Shown here piece after piece: positions 51,301-63,785 of a stretch of 64,000 nt of DNA. The translations under genes and the position numbers were made by a program. Source of the DNA: Lingula anatina (Eukaryota; Animalia; Brachiopoda); assembly GCA_051362555.1 (NCBI GenBank), contig CM120648.1, positions 14,008,587 through 14,072,586 on the forward strand, written 5' to 3'. Position 1 is the first letter of the stretch; each line of letters starts with the position of its first letter. The notes below the pieces were generated by a model that was not told where the DNA came from, ran no database searches, and worked only from the letters and a program-made list of their open reading frames with translations.

Positions 51301-54300
51301 AAATGATCTGAATCAATATCGCAAAAATAAATAAATAAATAAATAATCAATCATATTCACCGTCCCTGTTAAACTTCCATAGTCAGCCATCTTGACACAG
51401 TTTGAAAAGAGCGCGATTTACGGTAGACCTATGTTGCAGTAGCAGCACTGACATGCTGAATGCAGACTCAGCATTTCAAGCTCCTTTTTGAAAGGTTATA
51501 ATTTTTAATGATATGTTGTTGTTGAAATAATAAAGACAGGGATGGTGGGCTGATATGGTTGTAGGGATGTTTGGAAGTCATCTTTAGGATTCCTAATTTT
51601 GCTAGACTTTTTAAAAATAAAATTCCTATTTTTTACTTTTTTTTTTTGAAAAAAAAATCTTATTTTCCTATTTTTCTTATGGTCCGTTATAACTTAACTG
51701 TCCCGCCATTTCTATGTAAATTAGTATTTTGATATGCGTGCACATACGTAAATCACCTTCGTTAGTCCCGGCAGCTGACAACAATCTAATACCTTCCTGA
51801 TTCTTTTGACCTTTTAACAAATAACAATGCACGTTCGCAAAGCAAATTTTTGTTCTGATTTATTTAAATATCGTTTAACCTTCGATATATTCATTTTAAC
51901 GTCACTCCTGCAATAGGGTCTTTGAAGTAATTTCAAACAGTTGTATTTTTGTTTGCATTTGATTATCATTAGGATGTAAAGATGACATTTTTTTCTTTAT
52001 TTCAACAGGTAAATTGAATATAGTCTTTAGCATCCTTCATTGTCGTCAAATACATATATCTGCATTTAGTTTGATAAAATGGTGTTTCTTTTGTAAAATG
52101 ACCTGTTTCCCTTCAAGTTCAAATAAATTTCTGTCTTTTAATATAGCTATAAAAAAAAGCACGTGTAACGTTTAGTTTATCTTTTCAAGTTATCTGCATA
52201 AATGCAATGAAAGGTCGATTATTAAAGAAATATTTCTTGGTCAAAATTTAGTTGAAAGGCCTACGTGAAGTAAGGAGAAGAAATGTGCGCTTATTATGCT
52301 CCAGTCACTAAGTCACACTGTAAATACGTATTCACACGCGCTGTCTGTGGCCGCCTGGGACACAGATTGATTTTACACTGGATATTTCGTTATTATGTCC
52401 AAGATGTCAATCAATAGTTGTGACCTTGAATGGACTGAATGGCTCCAAAACAACTGTACATATGACCAAATCATATCATGCACCGGTACATGGATCTGCC
52501 GTGAACCACCCACAGCCTTGGACATCTTTACTGAAGATGAAAGGGGTCGCTGTCTTTTTAAATATCAATTTGAAAGTAATATATTATCATTTCCATTCAT
52601 TGCCTGGCTTGCAAGGAAGCAAGGCACGAACGCCAGCAATCGTAGTACTGTGCAGCTCTTCTCTCTAATGTAAGGCTAATGGACAAGTTTTCGTTATCAA
52701 GATAGAAATGTTACGAACTCCAGTTATTTACATGACGTTTTCAATAATTAATTAAACTAATCAATGCCGTTCTGGTTTTTCACCCTAACAGTGAATGAAC
52801 AAGGAAAACAGAAAATAATGGCTGTACATGACTGAGAGTCAAACGTTGAATATTGTTTTTGCAAAATATTGTAATTCAAAGCTGTATTTGTAACTATGTC
52901 CGACTTTAGATGGCCATGTAAATTAAGCCCCTCGAATCTGAGTTCACCCTTGCAGCAGACTTCATTATTTAAGTCAACTTAACCGTTCGATTGTATCCAA
53001 AAAGAATGGTAATTGGGTGGTCATGTAGAGCTGATTTCAAAAAGCGTTTGTGTCTTCAAATGATTAATTCTTTGTTTAACTTACATGAAAAAAAAATAAC
53101 TTCTTCAAACTGTCGATACTAGTACACTGTATCAGCTTTGAAGTAAGGCGCGTGCATGAAGGTCATCTGATTGATATACAGGTACATGTAAGTTCCTTAA
53201 TGCACCTGTTATCAATCACATAGCAATAGAAATATAAAATAACAAACCTAAAAATTAGTTTTCTCGCGTTTTTCCGTTATCAATAAACTCGATATTTTAA
53301 TAAAAGCACTAACTTATGGCTAGTCGTGATTGTGAATGACAAATTAATACACTTCTAATGCTACTTCTAGTGTGGTTTTTGAATAATTCTGTAGATAGGA
53401 AGACACGGTGATACGCCAGGTAAATGTTTCTAACTAAGGAAAGCTTCATACATAGAGCTAGTGACAAAACACATCGATATACCCAATGCATCTTTATCGT
53501 ATTACTTACTAATTAAAGAAAAACATTGCAACTCACTCGATCTATCGATAGCGCTGGGCAGTCGCTGGCGACGTGGTCCTGTTCCTGTCGCAAACCTCCA
53601 CTACAGAATGAAGTCTGGAAATTGCATTCCACTCTTCCGACCAACACGTTGTGTTTACAGCAAGCTGCAACTACACTGTACATATAGAGGTTAACTGGTG
53701 ACAGTACACCCGTGCTCAGAACAAGGCCATCGTGACGTCAGCGCCCGACAGGTAACAACAAAGAGCAAGACAAAGCCCAACTTTAAGTGTAAACATGGCA
53801 AGCTTGTCCAGTGAAAGGAAACGAAAAAGGAAAGGAATGCACCCAAAGGCGGCTAATATTTGAAATAATAACCACCCTAGGAAATATAAGGCATATCCAA
53901 GAAGGTTTCTAATAGTTTAATCAGTTTTACGCTGAAGAATGCACAACAAATTTACATGCAAACATCATGTACATGCACTCACTAGTAATCGATTTGTTTT
54001 GCAGTTAAAGCTTCATTTTGGTGCATTATGCAGTCTTTCTAACACAGCATTTCTCTACACCTTAACTTATGGAATCAAAATCAACCATTCATCACTTATA
54101 TATTCAAAAATCACGGCGCTGATATTAAAACGTCTTATATAAAACACGTGTACGCACCATGTGAGTACTGAAACAAAATAATCCTTATTACACAAAGCGC
54201 GTGACGTTGGAGATATCGATCGAAACAGTAATTTCCACGTGGCCTTGGCATGCTAATGCTTAGTACGCGTGAACGTAGGTTATAAAATAGGTCTTTGCCA

Positions 54301-56750
54301 TAGGATCGGTTTACATGTTGAATGGATTCTACTGATATACCGGTCCATTTCTGGGCCATCGGTCTTTTGTTTTCAGGGCCATTTACATATTCCCTTTCTT
54401 CTTAGAACCCAAAATTTCATTATTGGCATTGAACATAACCCCCTTGATTGCTGTATCTATTAAGAGGCGGTTTATTTCATAAATTATAGTGTTACACTCG
54501 TCACACATTTTACCTTTGGTCAGTTTTGTTCAGTTGTAGAAAAGGAAAATTCGTAAATAATAAAGCGTATAATGAAGCCATAGCATACAAAATGACACCT
54601 GGATGCATCGACTTATTGACAACATCAGATCTACGTTGACAAAGCAATATAATACCTTTTTAATGAAAATCTTTAATTAGCGGGCCATTACTCCATAGCA
54701 AAAACCTTCAAGCCAAAATGACGCCCATAGATTTATGGTCAACTATGCCACTTTTCTTGAAAAAAATCCTGTTCAGGGATGAAGTTACGCCTCATACTGA
54801 TTGCTATCTTACCTCAAAATAGAAAGGTGTTAAATTGACGATAAAAGCTTTGAGTGGCCTTTGCTTATACAATATACTTATACCATATTTTATATGTTTC
54901 AATGGGATTTTTTTTGTTTAAAATCAGCACAAAGGAAGATGCATTATTGAATAATCAGATGCAGAAAAAACTCATTTACGGTATGTGGATGATAATAGAC
55001 CCTTATGTGTGAACAGGACGCAGATTCCATGGGTCGCTTTGTATTAAGCGCATGCCGGTGTGTATGGCACAATTACGACAGCTATCGGGGCACTGTGCAC
55101 TTCTGAAGGTCACAGATCATATTCCATCTGTGCCTCGTGTAATAGATATGGGGGGAAGGACCGGACATGGACCTAAGAGCGGTGTGTGCCCCCAGGTCGG
55201 TATTCGAATAGGAATGTATATATTCAAGGTCGTCTTAAGTACACGTGCAGTAAATTAAATCAAAACAAATGAAATCATGTAAGATAATAAAAAACTAAAA
55301 TAAAAACATAGACCAGGGCGGTCTCTCGGACTGTTCCTCTACGCGACTTCGACAGGACTGGAGTTCGGTAATGACCGACTCAATCTTGTTAATGGGGAAA
55401 TTGTGAATTTACAAATACTGTCTTTTTTTAGTCATTTAAGTTCTTAAAAATGAGTGGTAACAACAAAATTGAAAAGCAGGCTTCCCTTTAATATTATTCC
55501 GTACTGTGAAAGCACGAAAAGCTATACAGAAAACATCTTTCATGATTCCATAATTATTCCCCATTGATTGAGTCATTTACATGTACCTGTACGGGGAGCA
55601 GCTCCGTGGGTGCGCGCGCGCGCGCGCGTGTTAGTGGGGGGGGGGGGGGGCATGCTTTTCGTATGTATTATTTCTATCCCAGGTAAAATTTTCACTGGAA
55701 CACATGGAAAATTTTACGCAAAAATCACTTTAATTTCTTTTACCGTAATTCCTAGCAAGAAACGTTAGGTATTGTTGTTCTACCTGATATGATCGATCTG
55801 TCGAACAAAGCAGGGAGGTACACTGTATATTGACGTTCATTGTATGCAAACCTGTTTACAGCAAGGGTGAGAGGGACTTCCATTTTAATTTTTAGATGGC
55901 ACTAAGAACGATCAGTATCATACATACATGTACATGTAGATCTATCCACGTTTCTCTCATACAGTATGTCCCTTACATTAGCTATAGCCTACCCTCTGCC
56001 AGGGCCACAGGTTTCCACTAGATATTCACAGCTGTATGTCTCTAGCTTTTTATGCGCACTCTTTGTGTAATGAATGAGTCAGAGATATCTGCACGTAAAA
56101 ATCTAGTAAAAATCTGTGGTCCTTGTAGAGGGTAGTTCTATCTGGACCACCTTCCTTGATCCATATTCTTCAGTTCACATTTTAGGCACGACGTCCTTAC
56201 ATCCATCTTTATTCTGCATGGAAAATTTTCAGTCGAATTATTTTCACGATCCTGTTAAAATTGAATTGAAAAATTGAAGTAAAAAGTTTACTTGCTTTAC
56301 AGCTTTTTGCATTGATTCTACTTGAATTGTTCCCTATCTCAATTAGAATTACTAGTATTTATATACATACAGTATGTGGGGCCTAGGTTGAAAAGTACTA
56401 CATGTACATATTATATCATTTACAGGTATATCAGTATGTGCACTGACTACCGATACATGTACATGTACTTATATATATCGATAGAATTAAATTAGATTTT
56501 AACACTGCCTATAAATACTTGAAAATGTTTTCGTGAACTGAATAAAGGAATGATGGACTGATGATACACCGCAATGGGTCTATTCATGCATTTGGTTCCA
56601 CTTTATTTGGACACACACACACACACTCCGAGAGAAAGTGAGAGAGAGAAATTTGCTATTTTATCATTATTAATTGCATTTGTTGAGATAGCACAATAAA
56701 CTTGAACAATGACAGAGCAGGGAATTATTTGCTGCGGAATAGCTCTAACA

Positions 56751-59700
56751 ATGGCGGAAGAAAGCGAACAATTTGGGCGACATAGTGCAAGAATTCGCCA
56801 CGGTCCGCGTCCTATAGCTCCCACTGGTCATGAAGTTAAACGCAAAATATCGGTAGACAGCATTGAAAACATAGGTAAAACTTAAGATGGTTGTTTCGAA
56901 GAAGTATTGCCTCTATGCGTGCGTTACTAATGTAAACAGTTTTCCATCTGTTCTCTCCTTACTGTGGTAAGTGCCTAGCATGTAAGGCGGAAAACTGAGG
57001 CAAAATTATCACTAGACATGTCCATTTTCTCGTGACTCATATGACACTAGTAATATTTAGGAGCACTCGGTTGTGGCAATTGATAGGAATTTCATTTGAA
57101 TTGTTTCAGGAAAAACTAGTCCATTTTCTACTGTATCAGAATATGCCAGAGTCAGATCAGGGTCATTAGATGAAACAGGAGCATCAACAAGACCAAAATC
57201 TCGCAGAGGAAGACCTGAAGTTACTTCAAACAGCGACGTTTTAGAGCAAGCTGGATTTACAAGGGCATCTTCTAGTCTCTCAGATTCGTAAGTAAAGTGA
57301 TGGAGTGTTAATATACAGTACAGTACATGTACCAGTACGAGTAAATACATGTACATGTAGTTTAAAATTGCAGCCAAATAAAAATGGTATATTGATGAAA
57401 ATAAGTGTAACATTGCCACATATACCTGTAGAATACTACATGTACACGTGCAGTGCCAGTAGCCTATACCAGCTGACAGTGAACTGTAATGTGGTATTCA
57501 CTACCCGGGACCTCTGCAACAATGTACTAGTACTAATATTATGCAAACTCATCTACACAGGGTTAAATACAGTTCACAAAAGTTTACCATTCATTATTTA
57601 CACATGCAAGCCATATTAAAAGGTCATGTTAGTGAGACATAGGGATAAATTGGACAAGGAAAGAGTAAATGTAGTCTGCCCCATTTATCAACAACAAAAT
57701 GCAAGGATTATTATGATTCTTACATCTTAGGGACAGAACATTCTCTGAAAGCATAAGCATCACAGCACCATAGACCTACACTGCACATGTACATGTAGTA
57801 CAAGATTTAATGTATGCTGTATCTAAACATATTAATGCCAAGAATCCAGGTCACAATATTGATAAGCAGAAATTGGAAAATTTAGACATGACTCCAAGAT
57901 ATTTTTGAGCGATAAAATAGGCTATAAACATCAGACTATATTACCCCAATTTGAACAGAGATGGTGGGCAGCTATATTTGCCAAGTGTTTGGGACAAAGT
58001 TTAAGATTTTCATGTCTCAAAGTGGAGGACTCAGTCCTCCGACCTTCTATTTTCCACCAATGTTTGCAGTGACAGTGGTGGACAATGTTGTGATGAAGGT
58101 CCTGAGAAGAGACAGAAAGCTGGACTGATGTTCAGTGTGATTATACACTGTACAATGGAAAAAAGTTTTAAATTTTGTGAATAATACAGTATTGGTAGGT
58201 TTTTTAAGGGAGGGTGAAGAAGATGAAAATAACATACATATCTATTCTTAGACTGTTTTTACTCTTTGTCATTTGGGAACCTACTAGTAGTGTGTGGACA
58301 GCAATTTTTCAACAGATTCTTTATTATCCTTATTTTCTGTTCAGGAATCATTGTTTAGTCCCAGCAATTCACATTCTCAGACGAATAAGACTATTTATAT
58401 ATTTTTAGACATAGCAACTACAGACCCAACTCCCAGGGTGAAGATATTGGACTTACACCATCCCCGCCACCTCACCCACCCACCTCAGCCTCACGGCGGA
58501 AACCCAGACCCACATCTGCCAAGTACCGTGTTCGAAGACAGTCAGCATCAGAACAGCATGAATCCCAGCCTGACGCAATGTTGTCAGCTTCACCACAGCA
58601 AAAGGCTTCTCAAATGGTTCCTCACCCCCCATATAATATTGATGGTCACTATGAGGACAGATTAATGTCTCCTGGGTTGCCAGGTACATTTGTATTGTAA
58701 CCACACTTGTTTAACTTGACTTTTAAAATGTTTTTTTTCCATATTTTAGACAGACATTATAAGGCATATAGGCATCCTTTGTCCTTGTTCCTGTTTTGTC
58801 TTACTCATTAACACACAGACACAAATAGAAAACTGTGCTACTTGTTATTATAAATACGTACAAGAAGGGTTTACAGGACTAAATGACTGCTCAAGTTGGA
58901 AAACCAACCTGATTGTATTATTTTTGTACAAGTTGTGATGTTTTTTTAAAATTTATTATTATTTATTTATTATTATTATTAATTTATTTTTGAAATTTTC
59001 ATTTTTAACAAATTGACTTGCAAGATGCATCTTTGAATTAAAATTGGTGGTGATTATGCCATTAAGCATTACATAATGATGCCTCAAAGTTGACAAAAAT
59101 ATTTTTTGCACTTTCATTGTTAAAAGGTATGTTGATTACAGTTTAAAACTTTTTTAAATGCCACTGCTTCTTTTTGTTTTGTCATTTATATATCTGTCCA
59201 TTTGGTAGCTTTACTCCTGTGTATTTTGTATTTTCTATTTTGTATCACAGGCCAAAATTACTAGAATGCCTCCAACAAATCTCAGAATAAGAAACTTAAA
59301 ATGATTTTTATGGAGACAAATCAAATTAATAACTTGTGAAATTACATGTGATACCAAGCAAAACATTTTGATTTATTTAAATACATTTATTTAAACACAA
59401 TGAATTTATATTTATATCAATACCTTCAGGTACCCATGGAAGACCACCCTCAGCAAATCTGAACAGGTACAGCCCCTTACCAGGGATTGGACAAAAACTT
59501 TCTCATCAGGCTCCAGACAACGTCACCCAAAGCATGACATTAATCAACCTGAACAGTAATTCAAATTTGATGAAACAAACAGAAAACTCGAATTCTCAGA
59601 GGTCTTTGTATAGGCCAGGGTCCAGAGAAAACCAAGAATTAATCAGCAGCACATCTAAGCAGAGTTGGTATTCTCATAGTGAAAATCAACCAACAGATGG

Positions 59701-60079
59701 AGGCACTGAAAATAGGGTTCCCCAAGACACTCCCTGCCATACTCCAGAGTTGAGTGACACAGCTGCGTATGACTCTGAATCACCTAGAAAATTAGAGCGT
59801 GAAATCTTGTTACCACCAGAGCCAGGGGAAGGCGAGGAGTGTATAACTCTGGCTGTGAAACTCCTCAGTGGGAGAAGAGCCATGAGGAATTTTCACCCTG
59901 AGGATATGTTGCAAAGTGTGCTAAATTTTGCTGAGGTTCAAGATGGATTAGACCTTAGTGGATATATGTTGGTCTCAAATAGTGTTCCTCCTCAAAAGTT
60001 CCCTGATCTCTCCAGAACTATTGCTGAGTCTCATCTGGAAAACAGAACTGCCCTTCTCCTCCACAGAGGAGACCAATGA
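56751..60079 (+). CDS. UBXN10: UBX-domain protein 10-like (p97/VCP adaptor), 4 exons, ~408 aa
   Basis: Exons 56751-56874, 57110-57287, 58409-58683 and 59430-60079 (phases 1, 2, 1; 1227 nt). C-terminal UBX domain LPPEPGEGEECITLAVKLLSGRRAMRNFHPEDMLQSVLNFAE...VPPQKFPDLSRTI. Upstream motifs RPKSRRGR and NLNRYSPLPGI resemble vertebrate UBXN10 RPKSAKGR and SLNKYPVLPSI. Confidence 0.82.
57650..58130 (+). mobile_element. Decayed Penelope-like retroelement 3' end (GIY-YIG endonuclease remnant) in UBXN10 intron 2
   Basis: Broken translation ...CKDYYDSYILGTEHSLKA*ASQHHRP..AVSKHINAKNPGHNID...IK*AINIRLYYPNLNRDGGQLYLPSVWDKV* matches the PLE YIGET/EAIxIR/PxLNRDGG pattern, with stops and frameshifts. Confidence 0.8.
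59000..59222 (+). mobile_element. Degenerate HINE-related 3' fragment in UBXN10 intron 3
   Basis: AAAATTGGTGGTGATTATGC..TTAAGCATT matches 5008-5045 and 4925-4960. Ends TCTGTCCATTTGGTAGCTTTACTCCTGT, like the family terminus. Confidence 0.45.
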
Positions 60080-60989
60080 CATGTGGCTCTAGCTTGGCTT
60101 TTGTTTTTTATCAAGTTAACTCAAATAAGATGTGTTAACCAGGCATGGAGTTGGGATAAGTATTTGAGAGAAGCATTTTTTTTTTTTTTTTGGAAAAATG
60201 GAAGTTTACCTTTTAATCATTGATGTGGGTCACAGCTAGGTGAACATTGTCAGTGGGCTGTGTTTCACTTTCCTTTCTTTATTTATTGCTATTGGTTTGA
60301 TTTGATGAATGCTATATTATTACCATTTTTCCACTAAAACACGAGGTACAATGTACTGGTACATGTACACCTGTATGTGAAGTTGATCAATTTGAAAGTG
60401 TTTGATGTCTAGAGTGATACAAGACTGACCTTAGTAGTATGCAATGACCACTGCTGAGCAGGAACCTTTGCCATTAAGGTTAATTAACAATTGCCCTGAG
60501 CTTCAGAGCTTACTTGAAACATAATCAACCTGCCTCTGCTTCTTTCAGGACATCATGAGTATCAGGGTGGAGAGTGGAGAGACATGCCCCTGGTTAGTTT
60601 CCAGCAGTCTTGAAGGCCCTTTTTACATTGTGTTTTACACTTTTCTGTTTTGCACATTTTTTACCAGGTCCTAACTAGTTGCATTGAGTGCCATTTACTC
60701 TGTAGGTGACTTTTGTTGGAAATGGTTACTAGGTTTTTATTAAGTTTTAAGTTGTCAGTCTTTCAAGGTGGTGTTAAACAAAAGGTGTACTGCATGGAAT
60801 GGGTGAAACAGGCAGCCTGTAGGGTATGTAGACTAGTTATTATGTGAAAATGCAATCTAAAACCTCACAAGTGTGTAGCCACTGTGTGGCAATTTATGGT
60901 GTAAAATGGTCAGTAGACATAACTTGCCCTTATATGAGAATGTCACATCTATATTTATATGGTACTGTGTCTGCATACTGCATATATAA

Positions 60990-61241
60990 GGGTGCATTCA
61001 CAATGGATCTATCCTAATAGCTATAGTGCACATTAACTCCATTGGGACTCTTGCTGAATGCAATCAGATAAACAGATTAACATGCCTCTTGTCATTGAGT
61101 ATACAGAAAAGCTGGTGATTATGGGAGTACATTGACAACAAGAGGAGGCATGTTAATCTTTTATTCTGATTGCATTCAATGGGAGCCCCCATGAAATTTG
61201 TACACACTGACTAGTACAATAGGTTCATTGTTAATACGCCC
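60990..61241. mobile_element. Diverged foldback MITE, Harbinger-like, TAA TSD
   Basis: TAA|GGGTGCATTCACAATG ... CATTGTTAATACGCCC|TAA, with inner arms TGAATGCAATCAGA..AGATTAACATGCCTC / GAGGCATGTTAATCT..TCTGATTGCATTCA. Confidence 0.75.
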
Positions 61242-62357
61242 TAATATACTGTTAGGCCTGATTCTGTATTAACTAGTACTTGGTTGGTGCTACCTTGCCT
61301 TAAGTATCCCCATATTTATCTTGCTGACAAATCTGCCCTCTATTGAGAGGTAAATGCCCTCCCTTGCACATAGGTAGGAGTGCATGGTTCACCTAGTCAC
61401 ATGCCTGGATACTGTATTAGAGTAAAGTAGGCAGTGTGTGAGTAGAAAATACTCATTGGAAACTAAACCTAGGTTTTAGTTCAGTGTATGTTATGTAATA
61501 CATGTGGTAACTATGGGCAAATAAGTTTTGCTTTCACTTTGCTAACTAATATCACAAATATTTTGTGTGATCTCATATTTTGATGCATTTCTGTGATGAA
61601 CCATGCATATTTATCAACGTCTTTATAGCTTAGTTAATTCAAAAACATGTCTTTTTAATTGATGCCAAAAATTGCCTATTTTACCAGTCATGAGACATTG
61701 ATGACAGATATTACCTATGTGTCTGTAGGAACAAAGCTGTGCTCCTTGACTCTTACCATCTGGTTCACATTGCCCAGGCCTTGGAGAGAACATAAATTAA
61801 TGTTCACAAATTAGACCAGTAATAATCAGAGCTGATATATTTTTGGATGTGTCTGATTGTGAATGAAGACTAAGTCAGTGCTGAAATGAAACTAATAATA
61901 TGGTCATTATCTTTGTGCAAGATAACACTTTTTGTGCTTTCAGTCAGATTTTTTTTTTTTTTTTTGAAAAGATGCCTTTTTGAGGTGGTTATTTGCAGTT
62001 AATTTACAGATTTGAAGACATGGATGTCCACCTTGAAAGATGGCAATTTGTCAAAGTCAGGAAGTAGTTTCCACGTTTTAATATATTCATAAAGGAAGTT
62101 CCAATACCTATGACTTGTCAGACTTCAGTAAAAAAACATTCCAGAGAAGTGTCACCTTTTATTATTAATATTATACATGTAGAAAAGGAGATACAGACTT
62201 CTGAATAAAGTGTATTGATTTCTTACAGGACTAACAAGTCAAAGGATTTTGCTTGGTAAAGTTGAAGTATTTTTCAGAAAACTATGCAACTTCTTTTAAA
62301 GTTACACTTATGAAGTATTCCATGCAAAAATGAAAAGTACGCCAAGCACTTTTGTAA

Positions 62358-62833
62358 GACTGGCTTCCCAACTCTAGATCGATCTAACAGGATCGGTCCA
62401 TCTCCACGGGGTTTCTCGCTAAATTGCTTTCAGCTGAAGTGGCTTAGATGTCTGGCACGCCTGCTAAAGCTGCTAAACGATGTGTATTACCCCCTGTCAG
62501 CTTCAGTAGCCGTGACAGACATCTAAGGCTGTATTCCCAGAGCTTTTAGATCGATCTATCCCCGACGGGAGTCTCACTAGATTACTGTCAGATAATCCGG
62601 CTTAAATGTCCGTCCCGCCTACTACAAGCTGTAAGGGAGTAATTAACTTTCGTGTCCGCCCGGCTGACAGCTATTTAGCGTGAACCCCCAGGGAGTTAGG
62701 TCGATCTAAAGTAGATCGATCTAATCTCTGAAAATGGGGTCAAAGCCGCTCAAGTTAATTGCATTTAAGCGAGAATCCCCTCGGAGATAGTTCGATCCAA
62801 AGTTGGTACGATAGGGAGTCTGGGAATGGTCTC
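62358..62833. mobile_element. GC-richer inverted-repeat element (MITE-like) with repeated TAGATCGATCTA palindromes
   Basis: The arm GGATCGGTCCATCTCCACGGGGTTTCTCGCTAAATTGC pairs with GCATTTAAGCGAGAATCCCCTCGGAGATAGTTCGATCC. The element is flanked by TAA on both sides. Confidence 0.6.
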
Positions 62834-63217
62834 TAAATGACTAAATTAATAAAATTTCTTGTCAATGAATATTGTTATTCTGAGTTTTTCTTTTTTAGAT
62901 TGAAGTACCCTCAAAATCTTACACGTACATCTGATACGTACATAACATATGATACATGTGTATGAATACGGATACTGAATTTTTTCTGTTCGTAAAGCCA
63001 ATCTATATGGACACCAAATACATCTTCAAATGCGAGCTATGCTGAAAAAACAAAATTCCCTCCAACGTTTCTTAAAGCAAACCGTGATTTGGTGTCTTCC
63101 ACTATAGAATGCGCTCTATTTAGAAACAACATTGGAGTGCGGACCTATTATACAGGTTCAGGAAATTTACCATAACATTCAACGTCTTTCAGACCTTTTA
63201 CGCCAAAGCCCAATATA

Positions 63218-63785
63218 GAGGTGCAATTGCTGTCACAGGCAGTTTGAAAACTATATGCCTGATTATTTAAATGTCCCAAGTGAAGATGTTTGTATCAAAG
63301 TTTCACTCTCTTGGAACCATAAATAATAAAAAATAATTCATCTTCTATCCCCAAAAAGAAACATACGTTACTGTCACAAATGCGAAACGTTCAAGTATTA
63401 AACGTTTTACTCATTTTGAAAATTCAATCATCTCTGGTTTTGTTCTTTGATTTATCTCCTACAAGTATAACGTTGTAAAAATTATAATAATCTTCTGTAT
63501 AGAGCAATTAATTGTCTTTGAGCAACTTTAGTTTGCTTGTCACTGAATATATGAAAAAAACGGGGAAAATACAGCCTACCGACAGTAAAATAAGCATTAA
63601 ATAAATTATTTTTCCTCTCGTGATCCAAATATTATATCAGAAATGTCAAGTTATCATATGTTTTTCGGTCCACAAAAGAAAACATTGTCTTTGCACCAAG
63701 TACTAGAACAAAATGAAACATTTTGACAATTTTTCTAGGGCTACTATTAGCTATGACGCAAAGACCTTTGAGTTACAGTTTTAAA
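63218..63785 (+). repeat. ~600-bp dispersed repeat, copy 2
   Basis: Diverged direct copy of 47783-48390. Confidence 0.75.

Noticed and set aside
41008-56700. Upstream exons encoding a nuclear-receptor zinc-finger DBD
   Set aside because: No CxxC-x13-CxxC / P-box pattern was found in the minus-strand ORFs. Short exons could have been missed.
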